Shown: positions 26,220 through 35,682 of the stretch, piece by piece
How positions within the stretch are numbered: position 1 is the stretch's first letter
Layout: every line of letters starts with the position of its first letter
Source of the DNA: a virus
Taxonomy: Duplodnaviria; Caudoviricetes
Strand: one strand, 5' to 3'
DNA: 57,005 nucleotides
IMG/VR virus record: IMGVR_UViG_3300025667_000005
Location: 1 to 57,005 of that record
The notes under the pieces: model-generated
Database searches by the model: none
Told to the model about the DNA's origin: nothing
The model's input: only the letters and a program-made list of their open reading frames with translations
Position numbers and translations under genes: made by a program

Positions 26220-26850
26220 AGGTACCTGCCTGTGGGTGGTCGGACAGCGAGGCTGTCACGAAGTGGCTGTCTAACAAAGCCCCAAAGGGAGCACTCACGA
26301 TGTTGCCTTTGTGGGCAGATGCCAACGTGCTCACCACAATCGTTAACAACTTGTTGTTTACTCGTGTGTCCAGAAGATCAAACAGTTCACGGGAAGCGTA
26401 CTCGGTGGTGCGCGCCATGTCTGCGTCGTCTATTACCACAACGTCGTATACCTTTCGCAGGTAAGAAAGCATGTTGCCATCAGGGTATTCATCTGATAGC
26501 ACCCCACCATTATTACGGAAGTCATCCATAGCACGTAGGTACCCTGCTGCTGTTATGTAGCACCCCGATTGCTTGTACGAGGTGATAGCACCACGGAGGG
26601 CAGACACGGCTAAGTGTGTCCTTCCTGACCCTACCTCTCCACAAAGGAGCAGGCTTGTGCCGTGCTCCCTGTTGTCCTTAAAACTAGTGAGCCACTCTGT
26701 TACTGCCCCATGTGCGTTAGACGACCCCACTGATAGGTCATAATTGGATAGTCTGGACTCTTCAAACAGCGGTGGTATTTGTGCAAGGGACAACCGTTCT
26801 TCCACTGGCCTGTTCTTCCAGTAAGCCCGTCCGTGCCATTCTTCTCTCAT
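26209..26850 (-). CDS. dnaC: DnaC/IstB-like helicase loader ATPase
   Basis: Walker A GEVGSGRTHLA (Arg for Lys), Walker B VVIDD, LLDTR. Confidence 0.85.
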   Translation of the reverse strand: MREEWHGRAYWKNRPVEERLSLAQIPPLFEESRLSNYDLSVGSSNAHGAVTEWLTSFKDNREHGTSLLLCGEVGSGRTHLAVSALRGAITSYKQSGCYITAAGYLRAMDDFRNNGGVLSDEYPDGNMLSYLRKVYDVVVIDDADMARTTEYASRELFDLLDTRVNNKLLTIVVSTLASAHKGNIVSAPFGALLDSHFVTASLSDHPQAGTYGE

Positions 26851-27491
26851 TAGTCAAGACCTCTGATGAACACCACGGACTGTCCTTCTTCTTTAACACG
26901 GCGAAGTAGTTCTGCCCGCTTACCTAAGAAGGATCGCCATGCACCAGAGTCACTGATGACCATAGTTCCTCTCTCAATATCAAGAACGAAGAGGTCAATC
27001 ATTCGCTGTATTACACTCTCAGAGGCATCATGTTTGTTGATCAGTTCCTTGAAGTGCTTGCGTAGGGCCGGTTCATTCGTGGGAGACATCACGCTATTAG
27101 GTTCCACCCGACGTAGTTCGGAGTCAAAGTGTTTGATGAGCCTAGCCATGTACCCTTTAGGTACCGGTGCTTCCTTCTTGACTTCTGAGTCCTCACCCAG
27201 TGTTTCAAACTCGTCCCAGTCCATTCCTCTTCCTTTCATATGTATAACGTACACGTTAGCCCTCTGGCTTGGCTTTTTAGAAATAACCCCTACCTCTATC
27301 AGCACGTCAATAGCCCTCGCTGCTGTGCGTTCACTACACCCCATCCGCTCTGCTAACCGCTTGTACCCAATGTGTGCTGTGTTCGTAGTGAACGACATTA
27401 GGCAAACGAGTTCCATCAGTGCGGATCGGGCGTTAGGTTTTCCTTTGAGGTATGGTAGCGCCCACGAGGGGAGTCTTCCGAACAGATCCAT
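26850..27491 (-). CDS. HTH replication initiator-like protein
   Basis: YKRLAERMGCSERTAARAIDVLIEVGVI winged HTH directly upstream of loader. Confidence 0.7.
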   Translation of the reverse strand: MDLFGRLPSWALPYLKGKPNARSALMELVCLMSFTTNTAHIGYKRLAERMGCSERTAARAIDVLIEVGVISKKPSQRANVYVIHMKGRGMDWDEFETLGEDSEVKKEAPVPKGYMARLIKHFDSELRRVEPNSVMSPTNEPALRKHFKELINKHDASESVIQRMIDLFVLDIERGTMVISDSGAWRSFLGKRAELLRRVKEEGQSVVFIRGLD

Positions 27492-27504
27492 TCTTGCTGC
27501 CTTA

Positions 27505-28272
27505 CTAACAGTCCACCATACTTAACAGGGTGAGTATTATAAGTAGTACTTCTTCTGGTATGTCTGCGTGAAAAGTGTCGCCACTTGTGGTGCACACTTC
27601 AATGGTAGCAGCGGTCTGAGACTCAGTGCCCGCCTCGAAGGATGTTTTCACATGAATGCCCCCCGTCCGCTCTGCCGTCTGTTCAACCACCTTGCTTTCT
27701 GATACTACTTCTACTTCTACCGCTTTGTCAAACTGTTTCTTCACGCCGGGTGGCATGGAGTCAATGTCCTCTTCAGTGAGTGGCTCTAGTTCGTCCTCTT
27801 GCTCCACCACGGGTGCTGGTGCTGGTGGTTCGTCCACAGGGGACACCACGTTGATTGGGGTGAGTCCGTTAGACAGGTCTAGGAGGCTGTGCCCCTTGTC
27901 AAAGTATTCACACACCAGTGCGTCAGTGCGCTCTGGGTTCTCTTCGTCCCACAGGATGAGTGCTACTGTTTCCTGTGGCAGGTTCTTAAAGTTCAGGTCG
28001 GGCGCTTCGGTACCGCTCTCTTTAATCTGGTGTGCGGCACCAGCGAGGGCAGGATGAATCATGTCTCGTGCTTTAGCAAGCAGAGTGAACGTAGCGTTGT
28101 TGTCCACAAGGAAATCGTAAACCTTACGCATACCCTCAGACGGTTTGGTCTTCAGGCCGCCTACCCAAGGAACATAGAATAGTGTGTCCCCCGAGGCCAT
28201 TAGTTCCCTCAAGCCCTCGTGGATAACTGCTTCTGGAGCGTCACCATAACCGGTTATTGCGTACTGTTTCAT
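27505..28272 (-). CDS. hypothetical protein
   Basis: 255-aa ORF, AAGGA SD, acidic C-terminal half. Confidence 0.75.
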   Translation of the reverse strand: MKQYAITGYGDAPEAVIHEGLRELMASGDTLFYVPWVGGLKTKPSEGMRKVYDFLVDNNATFTLLAKARDMIHPALAGAAHQIKESGTEAPDLNFKNLPQETVALILWDEENPERTDALVCEYFDKGHSLLDLSNGLTPINVVSPVDEPPAPAPVVEQEDELEPLTEEDIDSMPPGVKKQFDKAVEVEVVSESKVVEQTAERTGGIHVKTSFEAGTESQTAATIEVCTTSGDTFHADIPEEVLLIILTLLSMVDC

Positions 28273-28281
28273 GTCGTGTCC

Positions 28282-28533
28282 TTATCGTATAGCCTTTCGC
28301 ATGACGAGATCGCCAGCGAGCGTGGCGAAGCGTAGCAGGGAATGTACCCCAGATGCAACCGTGGCGATAATAAGTCCGTCAACAAATAAATGAGGGGTCT
28401 GTAAAATCAAGGATACGCCGTACCCGAGTACCGTGGCAGTCACCACTTTAACCCAAGGCATGACTGGTGGAACAGCCAACTCAAGTAGGTGGATCGTCTT
28501 GTAGACGGCTAGTGCTCCGAGCAGGTATTCCAT
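28282..28533 (-). CDS. small multi-TM membrane protein (holin-like)
   Basis: Two to three hydrophobic helices, basic C-terminus, GAGG SD. Confidence 0.55.
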   Translation of the reverse strand: MEYLLGALAVYKTIHLLELAVPPVMPWVKVVTATVLGYGVSLILQTPHLFVDGLIIATVASGVHSLLRFATLAGDLVMRKAIR

Positions 28534-28545
28534 TTATTAAACCTC

Positions 28546-30672
28546 TTAATCGCTGTTGGTACGGATGGTCCCCTCAGTATACACGTCAGCGTTCCAAGAG
28601 TGCGGGTCACACGCACGTTCATCTCCCGGCAAGGAATCAAACGTGACGATGTGTCCATGATTTGTGTCTGTAGCGTAGGCAGTTAGTTCGGTAGACATGG
28701 TGACCGGAAGGTTGTCGGCCAGCACTTTTCGTACCGCTGCACGGTTTCTCTTTCGCACAGGTGTGTAGAGGGACACACTGGCATTGTCTGTGCCCGACCA
28801 ATAGTAATCGCTAGTGATGTAACTACCATCAAGGTACGAGTGCCCATCAACACCAGACCCATCAAAGTATGGACCATCGGAGAAGGGCTGGAATATCCAC
28901 TTGTCTATAGTTACCGAAGCACTGTTACCCAACGTAAGAACAATAACTGGGTAGAGGTCCTCCACACCCGACTGTCTAAAGTCGTAGGTAGATGTGTCAT
29001 CGCTGGGTAGTTGAAAGTCCGCAGCGAATGTTGGTGTAACCACCTCGTCAAACAATAGCGTGAAATCAATCCCACCCGTGGTCTGGGTGAGTTTAGTTAC
29101 CACCGCACTGGTGTCCTCATCAATGAGTTCTCCAGAGGCATTGACCGTAAGGTTGTTTGCAGTGAGTACGTTGGTGGAACCATCATACACGGCTAAATCA
29201 AATCGGTCAAAACGAGAAGCGCTGGATGGATTAGCGTCCACACGAGTTAACTTCAGGCTGTACCCGTACAGGCTTGTGCTACCACTGGCGTACAGCCGGG
29301 CACGGAACAGGACCCCGTTGGTGGTACCATCCTCAAAGATGGCGCAGGTCTCTGCGTACGAGGGTGTCAGATAGAAACCACTACGTTGCTTGAACTCTCC
29401 TGTGCCATAGCGGTGTGCATCACTTACGGTCAGGTCCTTATAGTAATCAGCGTAGGTGGAGTCATCGGTAGTGAAGTACTTAGACTGGTCAGGTAGTGAG
29501 GCAGCGTTGGTTGGCTCTTCACGATACAACCTCATCTGTCCCGTGGTGTTCGTCATGCTGGCTTCCACTGACGAGTAGTACGGAACTTTGCGCTTTATCT
29601 GAACAGGTGTACGGGGGAACAGGTAAACGGTACCTGTAGTATTAGCGGTTGTGGTGAAGGTGACCCCAGTAGAGGCACTGTTGTAGTCAGGCACGACTGT
29701 TCCTGACGTTAGGTAGTTCCATGTTCCAGAACTGCTGGGAGTGCCCACTAAGGTGGGGTTAACTATTAGGTTCGCTCTCGCAGCAGATACGAACACTTTG
29801 ATACGTTCGTAAGCCGAGGTGGTTGGGGACCCAGTGTTGGTGAACTCACGTGAACTAACTTCAGAGTCGGTGATTACAGAGAGTACAGCAATGAGTGCGT
29901 CAGAGCGACCTTTTTGATCAAAGTACTTATCTGCGTCATGGATGAGTTCACGCATCTGTGATGGACGCAACTCTTGTGTAGTAAACGAGGAACCTACGAG
30001 ACTCGCTAGTGTATTCAGTGAGTTGTATTGTGTGCGTAGTGGGTCCTTGGACGACAATAGTTCGTCTACAAGAGACCTCATGTAATCTGCCTCCCACCCG
30101 AAGACTTTAATGAACTTCTCTAAGTGTCCTGCCTTATCTTGGCGACGATAAAGGCGAGGTATCTTCTTCCACATGGTTTCACCGAGGTCATGTTTGGTGG
30201 GCACAAGAACGGAGGTGGTAGCGGCTCGGGTAACAAAGTTAGCGCCAGCGCTATCTTGGTACTTGTAGAACAGGCTATAGTATAACCAGTTACTTAGTGA
30301 GTTACTAGTACTAATGTTATCGTGATATATAGTAGGCTCCACGCTGTGCAATGGTGTATACGTATCTAAAACGATACCGTCGTTCCAGAACTCGGGTGGC
30401 CCTTCCCAGTTGTAGATAATACGAACCTCAGCAATGTTGTACTCGCCAGAAGCGGGGAGTGTTGCTGTGGGTGTTTCGTCAGCAGACCAACGTACGGTTG
30501 CTAGCCAAGAGTTGTCCACGGTGCCATAGTCATCTATACGTGCGGAAACAAAACCAGCGAGTGGCACAGGTGCGTTAGTAACGTACCCATCTTGTCGCAG
30601 GGCACCAGACCCAGTACTGTCTCTGAGTGCTGGGCTGCTTGTACTGTCCCGAAGTCGTAGGGATTCAGTCAT
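28546..30672 (-). CDS. baseplate wedge / tail protein (P2 gpI-like)
   Basis: IPRLYR..D...LEKFIKVFG, R..I......QKG; follows baseplate J; beta-rich C-terminus. Confidence 0.75.
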   Translation of the reverse strand: MTESLRLRDSTSSPALRDSTGSGALRQDGYVTNAPVPLAGFVSARIDDYGTVDNSWLATVRWSADETPTATLPASGEYNIAEVRIIYNWEGPPEFWNDGIVLDTYTPLHSVEPTIYHDNISTSNSLSNWLYYSLFYKYQDSAGANFVTRAATTSVLVPTKHDLGETMWKKIPRLYRRQDKAGHLEKFIKVFGWEADYMRSLVDELLSSKDPLRTQYNSLNTLASLVGSSFTTQELRPSQMRELIHDADKYFDQKGRSDALIAVLSVITDSEVSSREFTNTGSPTTSAYERIKVFVSAARANLIVNPTLVGTPSSSGTWNYLTSGTVVPDYNSASTGVTFTTTANTTGTVYLFPRTPVQIKRKVPYYSSVEASMTNTTGQMRLYREEPTNAASLPDQSKYFTTDDSTYADYYKDLTVSDAHRYGTGEFKQRSGFYLTPSYAETCAIFEDGTTNGVLFRARLYASGSTSLYGYSLKLTRVDANPSSASRFDRFDLAVYDGSTNVLTANNLTVNASGELIDEDTSAVVTKLTQTTGGIDFTLLFDEVVTPTFAADFQLPSDDTSTYDFRQSGVEDLYPVIVLTLGNSASVTIDKWIFQPFSDGPYFDGSGVDGHSYLDGSYITSDYYWSGTDNASVSLYTPVRKRNRAAVRKVLADNLPVTMSTELTAYATDTNHGHIVTFDSLPGDERACDPHSWNADVYTEGTIRTNSD

Positions 30673-32153
30673 TAGGCGATACCACCCGTAACACCACTGT
30701 AGGATACCGCTCTGATCACGGGAAGATAGATGTTACTTGACGTGGTGGTTGTGATGGCGTAGTTACCTACGTTACTACCACCACTGGTGCCAACGTGGCT
30801 AATGGTGGCGTTAGTGACACCCGACACAGAGTTGGCCACAGTGAGAAGGTCACCTAAGTTAACGACCTGATCAAACTCAACAGCGTCCCAAGTGAACATC
30901 GCTTTTATGGCTGCCGTGATCGCTTCTTTAACGGTGGCTTGGTAGTGACCATCAGCAACAGTTAGACCACCGAAGTCAATGTACACGTCCACTAGGTTAA
31001 CAGTAGTATTAATCTGTGACACCGATACGCCTACCATAGAACGAGCAGTCAGGTAAGCAGCGAGGTTGCTATTAATGTCTGTTCCTGCGTTACCAAAGTC
31101 TGCGGTCAGGCTAAGACTGGTCGTTCCACTAGCAAGGTTCTCATAGTTAGAGTAACTAGGGAGCGCTGCATAGTTAATGGTGACCGCTCCCGAGGACGTG
31201 CTCGTTAGTGCGTGGGTCTTAGATACACCTGAGTACCCACGTATAACGTTCTTGTAATCGTTCAGGGTAACGGCACGGTCTTGTGACCGGCGAACAGCGG
31301 GGGCATTGTTCTTAATAGAGGTTATCCCCTCGGGGTTAGTTCCCCCTGTGGACGCTGTTGAACTTGAGATAGAGAGTCCAACAACTGGAGTGTTCCATAC
31401 CGTTATGGCGTTAGTAGAAAGGTTACCCTTAATGCCTTGGCCCACTCGGTACGTAACTGACACGGTAGACCCTGTGGTGGGGACGAGACCATTGATACCA
31501 TTACCAAACACAATACGGGTATTATCCATACTGTCGGTCACCGTGGTGAATGATGGTGTGTTAGCGGACACGTCAGTTAGGCGTGCCACATAGGAGTAGG
31601 TAGTTGCTCCCGATGTAACGGCTATAGAGTCTGGGACAACCTTCTGTTCTGAGAGAACAAAGGACTCCCCACCGTTACCAGAGAAGTTAGTGGTGAGTGT
31701 TTCAGATACTGACCGTCCTTCTTTAACGGCAACAGCAGAAGAACCAGCGGAGGCTACCGCGGTGTCTGTCGTGGACGTAAAGTATACAGCGTCCTTGGAC
31801 GATGTCTCTGGTACAACAAAAACGGTACCTGCTGACACGGTGATAGAAGCGCTGCTACTGTTGGCTACTGTCACGCTACAGGTAGCGGAGGTACGGGGGT
31901 TAGGTGTGTACCCCATAATACGAGCGAGAGAATGGACGGATGCCCTCTGTGTTGCTGTGGCCAAGAAGCCCTCGGTGTGTGCTCGGTCAATGTAATAGTT
32001 CTGGATGTCTGCCATGTACGCCCAGAGGTCCACCATAAGCATGGCGAAGTCCGGTTGTGTAGAGGCTGTCCACTCAGGGATAGTGAGTTGTGCTCGTCTT
32101 ATGAGGTCTGCCTTAACAGAGTCAAAGTCCCTGCTTGTATAATCAGTAGCCAT
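30672..32153 (-). CDS. baseplate J-like wedge protein
   Basis: DYTSRDF, YYIDR...E.FLATA, FGNG..G..P, RAVTLNDY. Confidence 0.92.
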   Translation of the reverse strand: MATDYTSRDFDSVKADLIRRAQLTIPEWTASTQPDFAMLMVDLWAYMADIQNYYIDRAHTEGFLATATQRASVHSLARIMGYTPNPRTSATCSVTVANSSSASITVSAGTVFVVPETSSKDAVYFTSTTDTAVASAGSSAVAVKEGRSVSETLTTNFSGNGGESFVLSEQKVVPDSIAVTSGATTYSYVARLTDVSANTPSFTTVTDSMDNTRIVFGNGINGLVPTTGSTVSVTYRVGQGIKGNLSTNAITVWNTPVVGLSISSSTASTGGTNPEGITSIKNNAPAVRRSQDRAVTLNDYKNVIRGYSGVSKTHALTSTSSGAVTINYAALPSYSNYENLASGTTSLSLTADFGNAGTDINSNLAAYLTARSMVGVSVSQINTTVNLVDVYIDFGGLTVADGHYQATVKEAITAAIKAMFTWDAVEFDQVVNLGDLLTVANSVSGVTNATISHVGTSGGSNVGNYAITTTTSSNIYLPVIRAVSYSGVTGGIA

Positions 32154-32161
32154 GTTTATCC

Positions 32162-32584
32162 TTAAAGGGGTGTTGATGCGTTGATCGTGGCGGGATCAAC
32201 AACGGATACCGACACCGAGGCCGCTGTAACGTCCCCATGCAGTCGGTAATAAGCGTTTACATACATATTGGTACCTACCTCGCCGGGTCCACTCCCTGCC
32301 CCATCGGGTGGAGAGTTTGTTACCGTTAGGTCCGTGACCGAGCAGTTGCTCATGTGAGCGTTAAGCATGGCCAGTGTTTCCTCTTTGTAGTCCGCTATAA
32401 CAAGTCGGTCTAAGCCCTCAAACAGTAACTCCGAGGTGTTAGCGCCATAGGTATGGCTCATAACACGCTCGTAGTTATCTGTCATCAGAACATCAATGAT
32501 CTCTTGACGAGCAACCTGATGAGGATCATTAGTAGTCGCCAAGGAACCAAGGTTGAACTGGAAGGGTACGAGGATGGTGGTCAC
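32162..32584 (-). CDS. baseplate wedge protein (gp25/gpW-like)
   Basis: PF...IIDVLMT...ERVM...YG...LLFE. Confidence 0.88.
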   Translation of the reverse strand: MTTILVPFQFNLGSLATTNDPHQVARQEIIDVLMTDNYERVMSHTYGANTSELLFEGLDRLVIADYKEETLAMLNAHMSNCSVTDLTVTNSPPDGAGSGPGEVGTNMYVNAYYRLHGDVTAASVSVSVVDPATINASTPL

Positions 32585-32594
32585 TGGCTAATCC

Positions 32595-33305
32595 TTACTT
32601 GGTTAGGGCGGCCCACGTGTTGCGACCAATAATGCCGTCAACAACAAGTTTGTTTGCTCGCTGGTATTGCTTAACGGCTCTCCTAGTAAGTCTACCAAAG
32701 ATTCCGTCAGCAGGCCCAGCGTCAAACCCGAGGGCGCCTAACTTTCGTTGCATCACACGAACAGCCTCATGACGAGAACGGTAACGAAGTGGGTGCTTAC
32801 TCACGTAGCGGGTTAGAGCGTCGTCTACTTTCTTTTTCTCTGCCTTAGTGGGGTTCTTGGGGGTGTTGGTAAGTTCCTTGCCCATCTTGGGAGCGTCAAA
32901 CCATCCAGTAGAGTTACGTGGCTGGTGATGCCACCATTCAGATGACACTGTTTTAACAAGTCCATACTCTTTAGCAATAACATTAACTCCATACTTCGTA
33001 ATGCCTCGGCCTACAATACGAAAATCCACAGCGTAACAGTAGCCATCTTTTTGTTCCATATGGTAAGAACCCCGCCACCAACCATTAGCGCCATGCTTAC
33101 GGTCTGGGTTGGCTGCTAGGTTTCCTTTGCCTGCCTTATAGCGGTCATACAAGCGCTTTTGGGTAGCGTACGAGCGGCAGCCTGACACAACGGACACTCG
33201 TCCTTTGATCTGTGGGTCTGCAAAGAACGCTTCTAGGCGAGCCTTAAAGCGGGGGTGTAGAAGTGATAAGTCTACATACTTACTGGTGGTGGGGATGGTA
33301 CTCAT
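32595..33305 (-). CDS. endolysin: M15 zinc peptidase + peptidoglycan-binding domain
   Basis: SGCRS..Q, SYH...AVD, EWWH; DGIFG..T..AVKQYQ...L.VDGIIG..TW. Confidence 0.88.
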   Translation of the reverse strand: MSTIPTTSKYVDLSLLHPRFKARLEAFFADPQIKGRVSVVSGCRSYATQKRLYDRYKAGKGNLAANPDRKHGANGWWRGSYHMEQKDGYCYAVDFRIVGRGITKYGVNVIAKEYGLVKTVSSEWWHHQPRNSTGWFDAPKMGKELTNTPKNPTKAEKKKVDDALTRYVSKHPLRYRSRHEAVRVMQRKLGALGFDAGPADGIFGRLTRRAVKQYQRANKLVVDGIIGRNTWAALTK

Positions 33306-33339
33306 TTGAGTCTCCTATTGTTTGTTTTGTCTTTATACA

Positions 33340-35682
33340 TTATAGTGCCTCTAGAGCGGTTAGTCTGGCGTCTTGCCTCTTTATGATATTAACAAGAGAG
33401 GGTATTATCTGATCGTAGTTCATTGAGTCCGGCTCACCATCCCTATATACAACCCAACGAGGGTTGATTTCGTGTACCTCTTCGGCTATGAAGCCATCCC
33501 ACGACCAACCTTCAGGGTCGTCGGGTAAAGAAGAGCGGTACCATGTGGGGCGTAAGGCAAAGACCTTATCCGCTTCAGAATCCAGCAGTGTCTCAACATC
33601 TTTCTTGTATTTGGCTGACGATGCATAGTAGTAGAGCGCACCCGTGGAAGAAATAAATCTGACATTTGCTCCGGAAGCGGTAGTGGGGAGCGAAGCATGA
33701 ATCCATCCGTTGGATCGGAGAGTGCTGGCACGACAGGTACCGTTTACGTCTAAGGTGTATGAGGGGGTGCTGTCATTGATGCCGACCCTGCTGGCACTAT
33801 AGTCAACGAGTAGCATCGTCCCAGTACCGCTGTCTCTTACTTGAAAATCGCCTTCGACGCGAACCGCGTTTGTTCCAGTATCAAGCAGTATGCCAGACCC
33901 CGAATCTAATGTGATGTTGTAGGACCCCGTGTTCCTTACAGCGATACCAGCGGACTGGGAGTTGTTAATGATTGAGATGCCGTTAAACGTATACCCATTG
34001 TAAGAATAACTCCCGTAAGTTATTGCTCCGTAGGCATCGTCGTCGCTTGATGAGCCGAAACGGATAGCGGATGCAAGCCATGAGGATTGATTAAACGTTA
34101 CGCGCCCCGTACCATAACCACCAACCACGAGGGACTCCCCGCTTCCGGTCACGTTTACAGATGCGCCGGTAATGGTGCCACCGTTGATGCGGGCAGCATT
34201 CATTACCCCTGTTGTAATATAGGCTGCACTCATTGAGCCTGCCGTGATGTTCGATGCTGACAAAGAACCAGCAAATACCCCCGACGCACCAGTAATGTCA
34301 CCCGTAAACGTACCTGTAGCAGCAGACAGCGAACCAGCAAACGTACCTGTAGCAGCAGACAGCGAACCAGCAAATGAACCACTTGAGGCATAGACTTCCC
34401 CCGTGAATGAACCCGAGGTAGCAGTGACATCCCCAGAAATAGAAAGGGCAGACCCGTTCCATGTGAGTTTGTTGCCACAGGAGAACCGTGCAGTTCCTCC
34501 TGACGTGCGCTCCATGACTACATCGCCGCCGGAGTTGTTATACGTTGGGGCGTTACCAGCGGAAGCATCAATACCAATAACCACACGGCCAGTAGAGTCT
34601 GCTCTCATGACCGCACGGCCACCACCAGCGGAGATGCGTCTGTTGGCCTGATCCAGTTCTATCTTGTAGGAGCCTGAGCCTCCGGTGAGCATCCCCGTAG
34701 TTATCTCCCAGCCACCAACGGCCCCATCGGTCAAGGTCAGGTTAAGTGAGCCATCCCCATCCTGCACTGCCGAGGCCCCGTAGGCAGCACCACTGGCTAC
34801 CGTGGACGCAGCGGTCCCACCGACCGTGACCGTGCCAGAGATGGCAGCACTGCCGTCAATGAGTAGGGTAGAGCCGTTCCACTGGAGTTGGCCGCTGGTC
34901 CCACCGAGGTAGAACTTCCCCGTAGAGTCCATGTAGGTGGTCCACGCCCCGCCGGTCCCACTATGGTATCCGAGGTAGTTGGCACCTAAGAACAGACCTG
35001 CTGTGGTCGGAGTGTTGGGCAGGTTGACCAGAGACATATCCATACCCGCACCGAACGTGTAGTTGATGGGATTGTCCTGATTGGGGTCGTTGGCCTCAGG
35101 ATCACCCAGATCGCCAAGGACTTCACTGACATTACCGATGGTGATGTTGCCGGTGATGGCGAGAGTGTTGGTACTGGAGGTCCATGTCAGGCCGTGCGTG
35201 GCACTGCCACTCCCTGTCAGATAGAAGTTACCGTCGATGTCCATGTAGGTACGCCACGCACCCGATCCTGCGCTGGTCCAGTACCCCATGTGTGTGGAAC
35301 TGAGGTATAGTCCAGCAGAGGAAGGTGTTATGGCCATCAACTCAAAACCAGTTAGTCCCGGACCAAACCCGTACTTTGTTGGGTTGGCCTCACCTATGTC
35401 AGCACGAACTGGGTTGTACGTGGTGTTCATCCAAATAACAGTGACGTAATCTTCGTCCTCTCGGGCCACAATAATGTTTGCGCCCACGTTAGGTACTACC
35501 CAATCAAGGGCGAAGGGGTGCGCTTCCCGTCCATAATAAGAGACAGGTACCTCTGTGTCTAGGCCAGTGACCGACGGGATGATTACACGAATCTCTCCTG
35601 TGGTTGTGCTTGAGTAACTGACAATCGCTCGGTGTACTTGAGAGGGAGACGAGAATAGGGAATCAGTTAGTGGAGTAGACAT
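33340..35682 (-). CDS. baseplate spike (gpV-like N-terminus) fused to fibre with C-terminal S74 chaperone
   Basis: HRAIV...GEIRVIIP...VPNVG OB-fold; Gly/Ser/Thr beta repeats; SSAKYKKDV...GFIAEEV...MNYDQIIP.LV. Confidence 0.8.
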   Translation of the reverse strand: MSTPLTDSLFSSPSQVHRAIVSYSSTTTGEIRVIIPSVTGLDTEVPVSYYGREAHPFALDWVVPNVGANIIVAREDEDYVTVIWMNTTYNPVRADIGEANPTKYGFGPGLTGFELMAITPSSAGLYLSSTHMGYWTSAGSGAWRTYMDIDGNFYLTGSGSATHGLTWTSSTNTLAITGNITIGNVSEVLGDLGDPEANDPNQDNPINYTFGAGMDMSLVNLPNTPTTAGLFLGANYLGYHSGTGGAWTTYMDSTGKFYLGGTSGQLQWNGSTLLIDGSAAISGTVTVGGTAASTVASGAAYGASAVQDGDGSLNLTLTDGAVGGWEITTGMLTGGSGSYKIELDQANRRISAGGGRAVMRADSTGRVVIGIDASAGNAPTYNNSGGDVVMERTSGGTARFSCGNKLTWNGSALSISGDVTATSGSFTGEVYASSGSFAGSLSAATGTFAGSLSAATGTFTGDITGASGVFAGSLSASNITAGSMSAAYITTGVMNAARINGGTITGASVNVTGSGESLVVGGYGTGRVTFNQSSWLASAIRFGSSSDDDAYGAITYGSYSYNGYTFNGISIINNSQSAGIAVRNTGSYNITLDSGSGILLDTGTNAVRVEGDFQVRDSGTGTMLLVDYSASRVGINDSTPSYTLDVNGTCRASTLRSNGWIHASLPTTASGANVRFISSTGALYYYASSAKYKKDVETLLDSEADKVFALRPTWYRSSLPDDPEGWSWDGFIAEEVHEINPRWVVYRDGEPDSMNYDQIIPSLVNIIKRQDARLTALEAL
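34306..34371. repeat. perfect 33-bp tandem duplication (coding)
   Basis: AAACGTACCTGTAGCAGCAGACAGCGAACCAGC x2, encoding AGSLSAATGTF. Confidence 0.9.

Noticed and set aside
26850-27491. Lambda-type iteron origin inside the initiator gene
   Set aside because: No convincing direct repeats found by eye, only a short interrupted palindrome
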